Shown here: in pieces, positions 37,407 to 46,785 of the stretch | How the letters are laid out: the number at the start of each line of letters is the position of its first letter | Position numbering within the stretch: position 1 is the stretch's first letter | IMG/VR virus record: IMGVR_UViG_3300042549_005931 | Coordinates: 205,134 to 269,133 of that record | DNA: 64,000 nucleotides | Strand: one strand, 5' to 3' | The notes under the pieces: model-generated | What the model was told of the DNA's origin: nothing | Seen by the model: only the letters and a program-made list of their open reading frames with translations | The model's database searches: none | Position numbers and translations under genes: made by a program

Positions 37407-38390
37407 TTATTTTGAATCTTCAGCAAATTTTGCTCTTGCACGAATAAGTCCTTGTTCTGCCGGTGTAAATTTGTTTAATGGATAATACCAATAAAATGCA
37501 TATGCAAATTCCGGGTCATAATTTTTACACATATAAAAGACTTTATCACGATGAAATTCAGCTAGCTGTTTTTTTGACATTTGAGATAATACTGTTATTA
37601 CGTTATCCGCTCTAAGTTTTTTAATATAAACTCCCGGATAAATATTTTTAGGTCCTTCTTTCACCAATTTTATTATTAATTCAGTCACCAAATTAAAACC
37701 TTTACCCGAAGATTCAGGAAAATTGTCGGCATATTCAATAATCGCCTCAACTTCAACACTATTTAAGTTAGAACCTTTAGCGTCAACAATTTTATTGGCA
37801 ATTATTATGGTATATTTAAATAGACCACAATAATGTAACAACGCGGTTACCGCATCATCATATGTTTCATTATGTGGATTATTTTTTAAATAATTTTCAG
37901 TATAATATCTAATTAAATAAAATCTTTTTTCATGAATATCTAACGTATCTTCTTGCCACGAGGTGACGTTTTCTCTCATAGAGTATAATACCGCTCTCAA
38001 AATATCGGTTTTCATATTGGGGCCCAATACGTCAATTATTTTTTTACCGGTACTCACCACATCCTGTGAATTAGAAATCATTAACTCAATTAATGAAACA
38101 TCACCATTTAACTTTTCACCTTTATATTTTATGAAGTTATCAATTACAGCGTCACCATGTTTTTTTAAAAGGAATAAATAAACATCTTGATAAAATGACT
38201 GAAAATTTTCATATAGTTTAGGAATTAATTCTTCGGGTAATAATTTTAGTTCATAATATTCTAAATTACCAACAAGCACTCGTTTTCTTAAATAAGTTTT
38301 TAAAATATTTGGCGAAAGTCTTTCTACCTGATACCGAGTTAATCTTACACCACTATCCGCATATTGTCTTAATAAATCCTTATTATCCAT
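37407..38390 (-). CDS. helical-repeat hypothetical protein
   Basis: 327-aa ORF. Confidence 0.7.
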   Translation of the reverse strand: MDNKDLLRQYADSGVRLTRYQVERLSPNILKTYLRKRVLVGNLEYYELKLLPEELIPKLYENFQSFYQDVYLFLLKKHGDAVIDNFIKYKGEKLNGDVSLIELMISNSQDVVSTGKKIIDVLGPNMKTDILRAVLYSMRENVTSWQEDTLDIHEKRFYLIRYYTENYLKNNPHNETYDDAVTALLHYCGLFKYTIIIANKIVDAKGSNLNSVEVEAIIEYADNFPESSGKGFNLVTELIIKLVKEGPKNIYPGVYIKKLRADNVITVLSQMSKKQLAEFHRDKVFYMCKNYDPEFAYAFYWYYPLNKFTPAEQGLIRARAKFAEDSK

Positions 38391-38398
38391 TTTAGAGA

Positions 38399-39352
38399 TT
38401 ATTTACCCAATAAATAATCAAATTGTTCATCGGTTAATATGTGACCACGCCCAATATATTTTGATTTATAATCATATGGTAATTTAATAAACCATTCCAA
38501 ATCTGTGTTACGAAAACCTAATAATTGTTGTTCACGTTCCTCTTCAGGTGTTTTTGGTCTATTCTGCAACAACTCATCAACAGGTACTCCCATTGATTTC
38601 AAATATTGAACATATCCATTTGCATCGTTTCCATATTCCGAAATATTACCTGTGTGATTATCGGCATCTGTTAATAATGGACCTCTTTGTGTGTGGTCAA
38701 ATACTACAATATGTAATGGGTCACTTAAATCAACCGAACCATCCTCATTTGTTTTCATCTTATTTTTGTCTACAATAAAATAAAATGTTGAAGTTTGATT
38801 ATCTCTATAAGATTGATACATACTATTTCCTGGTTGACCAATACAGAAACTATATCTTTTACCCGTCAATCCACCTTGTGTATATTTTATACATCTACCA
38901 ACATCAACACCATCATAAATGTCAATGTTGTTACCTGACCACATTGTTTTATCCATGGCCTCAATGTCCTCATCATCCATAGAATATGAACTTGATTTTG
39001 GTTTTTCAGCATATTTGTTTTTTTCTCCGTGGATAAATTCTGAGAATGCAATAAAATTATCATATGTATTGTTACCAACCATTAAACGACCTTTAGAAAC
39101 TTGAGCCGGCATAATTCTTTTTTTGGTAACCAATTCGTCATAATCATTCATCACATCAACAATATTACCAAGGTCTTTATAACCACCAGCATATAATACC
39201 GCCATCAACGGGATGTTCTTTTGATTTTGAGATTGGTCATTTGCCGCAAAATAACTAATTATTTTTTCAGGTGATTCTACATTGGACTTCTTAAGATAAG
39301 CCAAACCTGTGGCTTCAGTGGCTCTTGATTCAAATAAATCTATTAATTTCAT
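38399..39352 (-). CDS. hypothetical protein, partly paralogous to 31667..33403
   Basis: MKLIDLFES; SFCIG...MYQSYRD...FYF. Confidence 0.7.
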   Translation of the reverse strand: MKLIDLFESRATEATGLAYLKKSNVESPEKIISYFAANDQSQNQKNIPLMAVLYAGGYKDLGNIVDVMNDYDELVTKKRIMPAQVSKGRLMVGNNTYDNFIAFSEFIHGEKNKYAEKPKSSSYSMDDEDIEAMDKTMWSGNNIDIYDGVDVGRCIKYTQGGLTGKRYSFCIGQPGNSMYQSYRDNQTSTFYFIVDKNKMKTNEDGSVDLSDPLHIVVFDHTQRGPLLTDADNHTGNISEYGNDANGYVQYLKSMGVPVDELLQNRPKTPEEEREQQLLGFRNTDLEWFIKLPYDYKSKYIGRGHILTDEQFDYLLGK

Positions 39353-39364
39353 ACTATATAAATA

Positions 39365-40051
39365 TTACACATCGAAACATTTTACGTTTCCTTCTTTATC
39401 TAATCCAAATTGTTCAAAACTTCTATCAAAATATTCAAACCTCCCCATAGTACCCTCAACACCAAGAACACAATCACGTAGATTAATGAAAAAATCCGAA
39501 ATTGATGGGTCGTACTCATTTAATTTATCAACAACCTCCCCATATTTCTTTTCATTTTTTGAACCATCAATCAAACCAAATATACCTCTTGAAAAACCAA
39601 TCTCCTCGATGGCGTTTTGTAATTTAATACACTCTTGTTTGAAACCCTTCGTATCTAATCTATCCATAATGGCAACACCAAGGTTACTATAATATAAATT
39701 TTTATATGGTTTTACTTTATGAATTGAAACATAAAGGTTAGGATATTTGTCAAAGAATTCTTTTTCTTTAACTAAATCCTCGTAACCCCATAATTTAAAA
39801 ACCAAATCAGGATTGGTGTGTGATAAATAAACTTCACGTTCCCTACCTTTACCTAATATTTTTTTTTCTCTAGTTCTAACCTCATCAAGGTCCCTTACTT
39901 CCTTATCATATTCTTTAAAACGTAAAGGATTGGACATCATTGCAGATTTAGGGAACAAACGTTTCTTTCTTGTGTTTGCAAGTGTACGACCCCTCTCGTC
40001 TAATTCAGATTCTATATGTTTAATTTGGGATTCGGTTAGTATAACTTTCAT
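39365..40051 (-). CDS. leader-bearing protein-kinase-like fold protein
   Basis: LGKGREREVY...VFKL...IMDRL...QFG...CFD. Confidence 0.6.
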   Translation of the reverse strand: MKVILTESQIKHIESELDERGRTLANTRKKRLFPKSAMMSNPLRFKEYDKEVRDLDEVRTREKKILGKGREREVYLSHTNPDLVFKLWGYEDLVKEKEFFDKYPNLYVSIHKVKPYKNLYYSNLGVAIMDRLDTKGFKQECIKLQNAIEEIGFSRGIFGLIDGSKNEKKYGEVVDKLNEYDPSISDFFINLRDCVLGVEGTMGRFEYFDRSFEQFGLDKEGNVKCFDV

Positions 40052-40062
40052 ATTATTAAATA

Positions 40063-40800
40063 CTACTTATTCACCCATTTATCGATTGCACTCATATAAT
40101 TCTCACCCATATGGTCCTTAATAGTTTCACCAGAAAATAATGATTTAATATAATCCCAATAATACCCTAATGTATTCTCACCCTTCTTAACATTACCATC
40201 ACTATCAAGTCTCAATTGGAAATTAACATGTTGAAATCCAATGTATGGTGTATGTGTAACCAAATCATTATTATGAACAACACGGATACTTTCTATATCA
40301 CTCTTATCAAAGTTTTGTTTGAATACCTTGTTACCCACACGTGGACTACCAATTGTACAACACTCCACATGAAATCCGTAAAATCTGTCCTTAATACTAT
40401 AAGCCATCAATGTTGCAACCGCGCCACCCAAACTATGTCCACATACAACCACACTATCAACTGTGCTCATCCCCTCATTAGCTTCCCTAATTGCAGAATA
40501 AACATCTTCAGCCACCGGTTCCCAACAAGACTTAAATCCAATGTGAACCTTCTCACCCTCCTTGATAAATGGTACTTTCTGAATAGAACCATCATTCTGA
40601 AAATCTTTCTTCGATTCACTTCCTCTGAATACAACATATATTCTTCTATTCTTTATCGCAACAAACCCCTGTGTGTCCGATGGCTTGTGCTCAATCCATT
40701 TTACCAAACCTAACTTATGGTTTTCCCAATCAATGGATTCCCGTGTCTGATATGCAAGAACAGCAAGTCTCGCATTGTATTGTATTTCTTTGTTTGTCAT
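40063..40800 (-). CDS. lipase, class 3
   Basis: VFRGS, VHIGF, GHSLGG, GSPRVGN, DLVT. Confidence 0.92.
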   Translation of the reverse strand: MTNKEIQYNARLAVLAYQTRESIDWENHKLGLVKWIEHKPSDTQGFVAIKNRRIYVVFRGSESKKDFQNDGSIQKVPFIKEGEKVHIGFKSCWEPVAEDVYSAIREANEGMSTVDSVVVCGHSLGGAVATLMAYSIKDRFYGFHVECCTIGSPRVGNKVFKQNFDKSDIESIRVVHNNDLVTHTPYIGFQHVNFQLRLDSDGNVKKGENTLGYYWDYIKSLFSGETIKDHMGENYMSAIDKWVNK

Positions 40801-41069
40801 TTTCTTTCAATTAAATCTTCAACAAATTTATCGCGTTGTTCTCTTAGATATTTTTCTCTATCCAATAAACGTTGTCTCTCATCTTCAGTTAACTTTAATA
40901 CCAAAGCTTCTTTCTCATCAATCATCTTTTTATACTCCTCAAGTTGTGATTTAAAATTCACATTCTGATAGTACAATATCCCAACCAATAATATAATGGT
41001 AAATGATTGTTCTTTTAACTTATTAAAAAATGTATCGGTGATAGTACCACCTTTGTTTTCTGTACTCAT
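40797..41069 (-). CDS. TM plus coiled-coil protein (holin-like)
   Basis: FTIILLVGILYY TM segment. Confidence 0.55.
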   Translation of the reverse strand: MSTENKGGTITDTFFNKLKEQSFTIILLVGILYYQNVNFKSQLEEYKKMIDEKEALVLKLTEDERQRLLDREKYLREQRDKFVEDLIERK

Positions 41070-41075
41070 ATTAAA

Positions 41076-41678
41076 TTATTCCTCCAATTTTAATTCCAAA
41101 ATATTAATTTGTTTTTTAATTTTTTCTTTTTCTTCTTTATAATCGGCAAGATATATTTTATAATAATCCCAAACATATTTATCATTAGGGTCCAATAATC
41201 CCTTTTCAGTTAACTCAATAGTTCTATTCAAACTATTTAACTTATCCGTTAGTTCTTTTAATTTAATTTTTAATTTAAGTTTATCCATCCCAATTTTACG
41301 TTGCTTTTTTCTTTCTCTCTCTTCTCTTTTGGCAATTTCTTCTTCTTCATCTTCTTTTTCTACAGTATTTAAATCAACACCATATTCGTTATATTTTTTT
41401 GGTCCATTATTATATGGTAATGGTTCAATACCATAAGAACTACCTCCCCCAAACATATAATTGTCATATTCATCACCATCCAATTTAAAATCAATTTCGT
41501 GACCATATTTAACCAACTCCATGTACAATTTTGGATTTTTTTCTCTTATTTCATCCATATTATCATAATGAGCGGCATCATTCATTAAAGTCACGATATA
41601 ATCATCGTCTGTTAATTGTGGGGTTGAAATCTCTGATATTACGTATTTAATTTGTGTTTCACTTAATATTATTTTCAT
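41076..41678 (-). CDS. leader-bearing hypothetical protein
   Basis: MKIILSETQIKYVISEI. Confidence 0.72.
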   Translation of the reverse strand: MKIILSETQIKYVISEISTPQLTDDDYIVTLMNDAAHYDNMDEIREKNPKLYMELVKYGHEIDFKLDGDEYDNYMFGGGSSYGIEPLPYNNGPKKYNEYGVDLNTVEKEDEEEEIAKREERERKKQRKIGMDKLKLKIKLKELTDKLNSLNRTIELTEKGLLDPNDKYVWDYYKIYLADYKEEKEKIKKQINILELKLEE

Positions 41679-41691
41679 AATATATAAATAC

Positions 41692-42267
41692 CTATATTTT
41701 CACATTAAAGTTTATCACACATCGAACATTCTCAGTAGGTCCACTACTCGAATGATACCGGTTACCATTAAACACCAATACCCTACCCTTCTTTGGTGTA
41801 ACCGTTTGAATTACATTTAGTTCACCGGTCCTATCACCCAATACCTTATCGAAAATATACGTATCACCATCCGAATCATTTACGTAGTATAATACAACCA
41901 AATGTTCATATGACACATCAATATGTGGATTGTCAAATTCCTTTCTTTTGTTTAATGGGAATTGTATAAAAGACCTACCATTACAGATATCCTTTAATGT
42001 GAAATTAAAATTATTACATACAAGTTCCGGTATCACCCTTGTCTGTGATAAAAGATAGTCATTAACATATGGTGGATTATCTTGTTTGATGTAACAACCA
42101 ATTCCCGGTGTAACATCTTTAATTCCTAATCTCTTTATTTCGTCAGGTGATAATGCAATGTCTTGAAAGAATATCCAAGGCAATGGTGATGATAAAAATA
42201 GTTGTTCCATTTTATCTTGAACGTCCAATGGAATCACATCGTCCAATATATAAATTTCATTTATCAT
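41692..42267 (-). CDS. 2OG-Fe(II) oxygenase
   Basis: PHID...LYYVNDSDGDT...VFNGNRYHSS; restarted at MINEIY. Confidence 0.85.
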   Translation of the reverse strand: MINEIYILDDVIPLDVQDKMEQLFLSSPLPWIFFQDIALSPDEIKRLGIKDVTPGIGCYIKQDNPPYVNDYLLSQTRVIPELVCNNFNFTLKDICNGRSFIQFPLNKRKEFDNPHIDVSYEHLVVLYYVNDSDGDTYIFDKVLGDRTGELNVIQTVTPKKGRVLVFNGNRYHSSSGPTENVRCVINFNVKI

Positions 42268-42333
42268 AAAGAACAATATAAATAAAAAACCCCAAGTTTC
42301 CAAGGGGTTATTTTATTATACAATAATTAATTG

Positions 42334-42969
42334 TTACTTGTTCCTATTCTTTAAATACAAATTAGTATGATATTCCATATGACTATTCAATAATTTAATA
42401 TCATTTTCTACATCAGAATAAAATTTCTCCTCATCTCGTAATTCTATGGCCATTGAAGTAGGTGTAAAATTAGTGTATGGTTTAAATTTATAAAATATTC
42501 TCGTCAATGTCTTAAACGTACTTATTACATTTAACCATTTTAATAATTCCAATTTTACTTTTTCCCATAATTCAAATTCTATGCTCTTCAGTGCAAATTC
42601 TTTTTTTATCTCACCATCATCATCTCTACGAATACGTTCAACATTCCAAAATATTTGTAATGTTAACATACACATTTCAATATCTTCAAATTTACTGTAC
42701 CCTTTTTTTGTGGTAAATATTGGGATATCAAAAACCATTGTTACATAACCTGGATACATACTCCCTTTTTCCTCATTTTTTCCCAAAAATTGTATGTTTT
42801 TAACAAATTCTCCGTCTGAATTAGGTTCAATATCATTATCTTGGTTTATCTCAGGTTCAACATTATTATCAACTTCAGGTTCCTCATCATCAAACCAACC
42901 GGAATTTTGTTCGTTTAAACCCATAATTTTTTTTATATGGGATAGCTCTTCGTTTAAATTAGTTTTCAT
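42334..42969 (-). CDS. leader-bearing hypothetical protein
   Basis: MKTNLNEELSHIKKIMGLNEQ. Confidence 0.75.
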   Translation of the reverse strand: MKTNLNEELSHIKKIMGLNEQNSGWFDDEEPEVDNNVEPEINQDNDIEPNSDGEFVKNIQFLGKNEEKGSMYPGYVTMVFDIPIFTTKKGYSKFEDIEMCMLTLQIFWNVERIRRDDDGEIKKEFALKSIEFELWEKVKLELLKWLNVISTFKTLTRIFYKFKPYTNFTPTSMAIELRDEEKFYSDVENDIKLLNSHMEYHTNLYLKNRNK

Positions 42970-43061
42970 ATGTTTAATAAATATACCGGAACCGGTATAT
43001 GTGCATAAAAAACCCCCTTGTTTCCAAGGGGTTCGTTATTTTAATTTAATGGGATTGTTTG

Positions 43062-43595
43062 TTAGCGTTCGGCACCCATTACATCCCCTTTAATTTTTTG
43101 ACCTTCAATATCGGCAATAACTTTACCATCAACCTTAATGTTGAAGTATAACATCTTTGCAACATTGTTGATATTCTGTGTTAAATAACCCTGTGGTTTA
43201 TTCCCAACGATTGCGTTATTGGTCAATCTTGCACCCAACGTGGTTTGTATCTTTGATATGATTGGACCATTTATTTTAACAATGTTTGGGTCAATAAATG
43301 TGATGGTCATTGCCATAGCACCAACCGCAGGGTTCACCTCAGATTGTGTGAAAGTAATGGTTGATGTTAATTTATTTTCTAACGTATAACTTAGTTGATT
43401 ATCATTATCAACCACGTAATCATATGTAAGTTTCATATAGTTAGCAAAACCTTTCCACGAATCTATTTTCATTGTTGGTTGTGCAACTGCTGTGGTTTTT
43501 GCCGGTACATTAAACTTATTACTTACCGCTTGCTCATTAATCATTCCATCAATGACCTTCTTAATTTGTTCTTCTGTGAATATATATTTTTTCAT
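43062..43595 (-). CDS. leader-bearing protein, paralog of 45818..46339
   Basis: Restarted at MKKYIFTEEQ; shared DPNI.K...IQT.L...G..P.GYL.Q block. Confidence 0.75.
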   Translation of the reverse strand: MKKYIFTEEQIKKVIDGMINEQAVSNKFNVPAKTTAVAQPTMKIDSWKGFANYMKLTYDYVVDNDNQLSYTLENKLTSTITFTQSEVNPAVGAMAMTITFIDPNIVKINGPIISKIQTTLGARLTNNAIVGNKPQGYLTQNINNVAKMLYFNIKVDGKVIADIEGQKIKGDVMGAER

Positions 43596-43936
43596 TATGC
43601 GTACATGTCGTTTGTAATAGAGTAATATAATTTTTCCCAATCTCTAACAGTTATACTATCATTAGGATTTACAAATTGTTTGATTGTTTCTTTCAATACC
43701 TCAACCATTTTTTCTGGTGTCACATTCGAATCTTCAGTATGACCACCATCTAAATGTTCCACAATAAACAATAATTGTTCTTGTAGATTAATACCATTTG
43801 ATTTAGTTTCACTTTCCATATCAGATGAATAATCTTCGAAAGATTGTTCATTCAATCCTTTCTTATATCCATGTGACTGATGTTGTTTAAGGATTTGTTC
43901 CCTTTCAGATTCTGTTAAATTAAAATTCTTATACAT
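43595..43936 (-). CDS. leader-bearing hypothetical protein
   Basis: MYKNFNLTESEREQILKQH...GLNEQ. Confidence 0.75.
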   Translation of the reverse strand: MYKNFNLTESEREQILKQHQSHGYKKGLNEQSFEDYSSDMESETKSNGINLQEQLLFIVEHLDGGHTEDSNVTPEKMVEVLKETIKQFVNPNDSITVRDWEKLYYSITNDMYA

Positions 43937-44019
43937 AATAAATTGTTTTCTATATAAATACCCTATAAGCATAAAAAAACCCCACCATATGGTGGGGTTT
44001 TTATCTTAAATTAAAATCT

Positions 44020-44805
44020 TTAATCGAGTGTACCGTTTTCTCTCCTTAATTCAAAGTCTTTTAATCGAGCATTTAATTTTTTTCTCTCACTGTCACGGTA
44101 GTCATCAAATGAAGCATATTTGGCATCATATGGTTCCTCTAAATTCGGGTCTCTTCTACTTTGTCTAACCTCCTTCTCAAAAGATGCCGCATTTGGTGAT
44201 TTTCTATACTTACCATATACATCATTATTGATGTGGTCTTCATATTTTTGAATGTCTTCAATTCTTCCATTCCAATCATACCATTCATTTGGTCCAAACT
44301 CCACAGCGATTCTACCGTTATAACTATTTTGAAATTTGTTGGTCATTGCAACTTTTTCTTCGTCGGTTAATTGTTTAGGTGAGTCTATTTTAATTTTAGT
44401 TAACCAAATCATACCCATACCCTCATTTAATGATTTTTTAAATCTATTAAGTATTTTTTGGATTGATTCTTGAAGTGGCTCAAGTTCCGCCGGTTCAGGT
44501 TTAGTCACCTCTTCGTCATGTTTAATTTCTGGAGGTAAAAATTTTGTAGTAGTTACATAAGGGATTGTCTTTTCATTTGGTGATTTTATTTTATTTTTAG
44601 GATTCGCAGCATTAAACTTTTGCATGTATTGTGCGGGTGTAATTTTACCTTTTCTTTTTAAATCCCATAAATTTGAGTTGTAATCGTTCAAATCACTTAA
44701 TCTTTTGGATTCCTCGGGTGAAATTGCGTTTACTTGTTGTTCTGACACAATCCCACGTATCAATTCAACCAATTTCGATTCTGTTAGTCTAACTATTTTT
44801 TTCAT
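44020..44805 (-). CDS. leader-bearing hypothetical protein
   Basis: MKKIVRLTESKLVELIRGIVSEQ; internal LQESIQK...LNEG. Confidence 0.75.
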   Translation of the reverse strand: MKKIVRLTESKLVELIRGIVSEQQVNAISPEESKRLSDLNDYNSNLWDLKRKGKITPAQYMQKFNAANPKNKIKSPNEKTIPYVTTTKFLPPEIKHDEEVTKPEPAELEPLQESIQKILNRFKKSLNEGMGMIWLTKIKIDSPKQLTDEEKVAMTNKFQNSYNGRIAVEFGPNEWYDWNGRIEDIQKYEDHINNDVYGKYRKSPNAASFEKEVRQSRRDPNLEEPYDAKYASFDDYRDSERKKLNARLKDFELRRENGTLD

Positions 44806-44869
44806 TTTAAAAGTTTTTTATTATAAATATATTATATCATATAAAAATCCCGGTTCCGGCGTACGAGTT

Positions 44870-45805
44870 TTATTTTAATATGTCTGGAACATATACCCAA
44901 GCATTCTGTTTATACGTGCCGTACTTCTTAAGCGCGGATGTTGTTCTGTGCCAACCCTCCTGAAGTTCATACTTACCATCTTTTGTTTGAATAACAATAA
45001 TTGGTTCGGGAGATACCCCAACCTTTTCCAATTGGGATTGTTGGGTGTTATGTCTCTCCTCATCTTTTGGTATGTCGGTTCTAACAAAACCACCCATCTT
45101 CTTTATTAAATCCTTTTTGTTATTATCTGTGAATATATCTATGGAAACATCTAATATCCGGTATTCCCACTGTCCCTTACCATGACCCTCCACAAAACTT
45201 TCCACAAAGGACTTAATTAATCTTCTATGTAAATCAGCACTACCTTGGTCATATTTCTTTGTCTCGTAATTGGGAAGATATTCTTTGCTGTTCTTGTATA
45301 ACCAATCCCTTAACACATACTCAGGCCAATCTTGTCCTGTAAGTTCTTTTGTTTTGGTTCTAACATAGTTCATCCACGAATTCCTAATCTCAGTGACAAT
45401 ACCCACATTCTCCTCTAACTTTAATTTCTTCTTATACTTAACATCCTTCTCCGGTATTATAATAACCTTGGCATTCTTAACACCCATCTGTTTAAGTGCC
45501 GTATACCTATGATGTCCATCAATTATCTCATACCCACCCTTTACCTTATGTACCAACATCGGCATTACCTTCTTATGTTTCTTATAATACTTGATTATAC
45601 CATCAACCTTATCCTGATACTCCTTCTCCTGTTCATCACTCTTTGGTTGATTGAATTTTAATTTACTCAAGGGTACACTAACCTTATCAGTCTTCTCAAG
45701 GTCACCCTTAGCCCAATTGAACTTAGCCCCCTCACCCTTTTGAATATGAGCCCATATCCTTTCACGTAAACTACCAACTTGAGATTCTGTAAGAATAATA
45801 TTCAT
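44870..45805 (-). CDS. leader-bearing protein with two ParB/Srx-like domains
   Basis: MPMLV...YEIIDGHHRY and EPIIV...YELQEGWHR. Confidence 0.75.
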   Translation of the reverse strand: MNIILTESQVGSLRERIWAHIQKGEGAKFNWAKGDLEKTDKVSVPLSKLKFNQPKSDEQEKEYQDKVDGIIKYYKKHKKVMPMLVHKVKGGYEIIDGHHRYTALKQMGVKNAKVIIIPEKDVKYKKKLKLEENVGIVTEIRNSWMNYVRTKTKELTGQDWPEYVLRDWLYKNSKEYLPNYETKKYDQGSADLHRRLIKSFVESFVEGHGKGQWEYRILDVSIDIFTDNNKKDLIKKMGGFVRTDIPKDEERHNTQQSQLEKVGVSPEPIIVIQTKDGKYELQEGWHRTTSALKKYGTYKQNAWVYVPDILK

Positions 45806-45817
45806 AATGTATTTGTT

Positions 45818-46339
45818 TTAATTTTTTCTTGTTGATTGAAATGTATTATAATCACCGTAATCCCTAATATTATCATCCGGTGTATTTGCAATGGTATAAC
45901 CATTAATCTTAATCACATTGAATAATATATTGGCAACCTTATCAATGGTTTGTATTAAATAACCCTCAGGACTATTTCCCATAATGGTATTATCAACCAA
46001 CTTGGTTTTTAATAAAGTCTGAATCGTAGATATACTTGCACTATTCGTTTTGATTATATTAGGGTCATTGATTTTTATCTCCATTGATATTCTACCGGTG
46101 TTCATATCAATTGGTGTCCAAGCAATAACCATGGTAACCAATTTTTCAAAGTCATATGTTAATCTGTTTTCATTCTCTATGGTATATCCATATGTTGATT
46201 CCAAGTGATTACTTAAGTTATCCCAATTATGTTGTGTTGCCGGACTAATTACACGTTTAACTGTCTGTTCATTTAATGGTTCCTTATATCCCATAACCTC
46301 GCGGATACGTAAAACCTCTTCGTTGATATTCTTTTTCAT
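45818..46339 (-). CDS. leader-bearing protein, paralog of 43062..43595
   Basis: MKKNINEEVLRIREVMG...LNEQ. Confidence 0.75.
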   Translation of the reverse strand: MKKNINEEVLRIREVMGYKEPLNEQTVKRVISPATQHNWDNLSNHLESTYGYTIENENRLTYDFEKLVTMVIAWTPIDMNTGRISMEIKINDPNIIKTNSASISTIQTLLKTKLVDNTIMGNSPEGYLIQTIDKVANILFNVIKINGYTIANTPDDNIRDYGDYNTFQSTRKN

Positions 46340-46345
46340 ATTGTA

Positions 46346-46720
46346 TTACGGTCTTGATGGAAATATACCTTCCACACATATTATATAATTTAATCCCAAA
46401 TATTGCGAGTCAAGTATTGCACATGGCATTTGATTAGCATAAGTTAATGTGGGTACAATCGATTCGGTACCACCGGACTCACCCAATGTAACCGTTTGTG
46501 TACCTGACGCGTTTACACCGGTACCCTTTACAAATTTACTACATAAGTTCGGTAATTGAAAATTGTTATTCTGTATATCACCACCATATGTATTTCCCAA
46601 TATTGCATATAATGCTTCATGTTCATTTATTGCTAATGTCTGTCCTTGACATAACATATAACCTTGCGGTGCAAAGTTTCCAGCAAATAATTTTATTACT
46701 CCTATTAGTTCGTCATTCAT
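46346..46720 (-). CDS. phage tail collar domain protein
   Basis: IGVIKLFAGNFAPQGYMLCQGQ...LYAILGNTYGG...LPNL. Confidence 0.88.
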   Translation of the reverse strand: MNDELIGVIKLFAGNFAPQGYMLCQGQTLAINEHEALYAILGNTYGGDIQNNNFQLPNLCSKFVKGTGVNASGTQTVTLGESGGTESIVPTLTYANQMPCAILDSQYLGLNYIICVEGIFPSRP

Positions 46721-46785
46721 AATATATTTCTTTTACAATAAATATTGGTACAATAAAAAAACCCACCTAATGGTGGGTTTTTATG

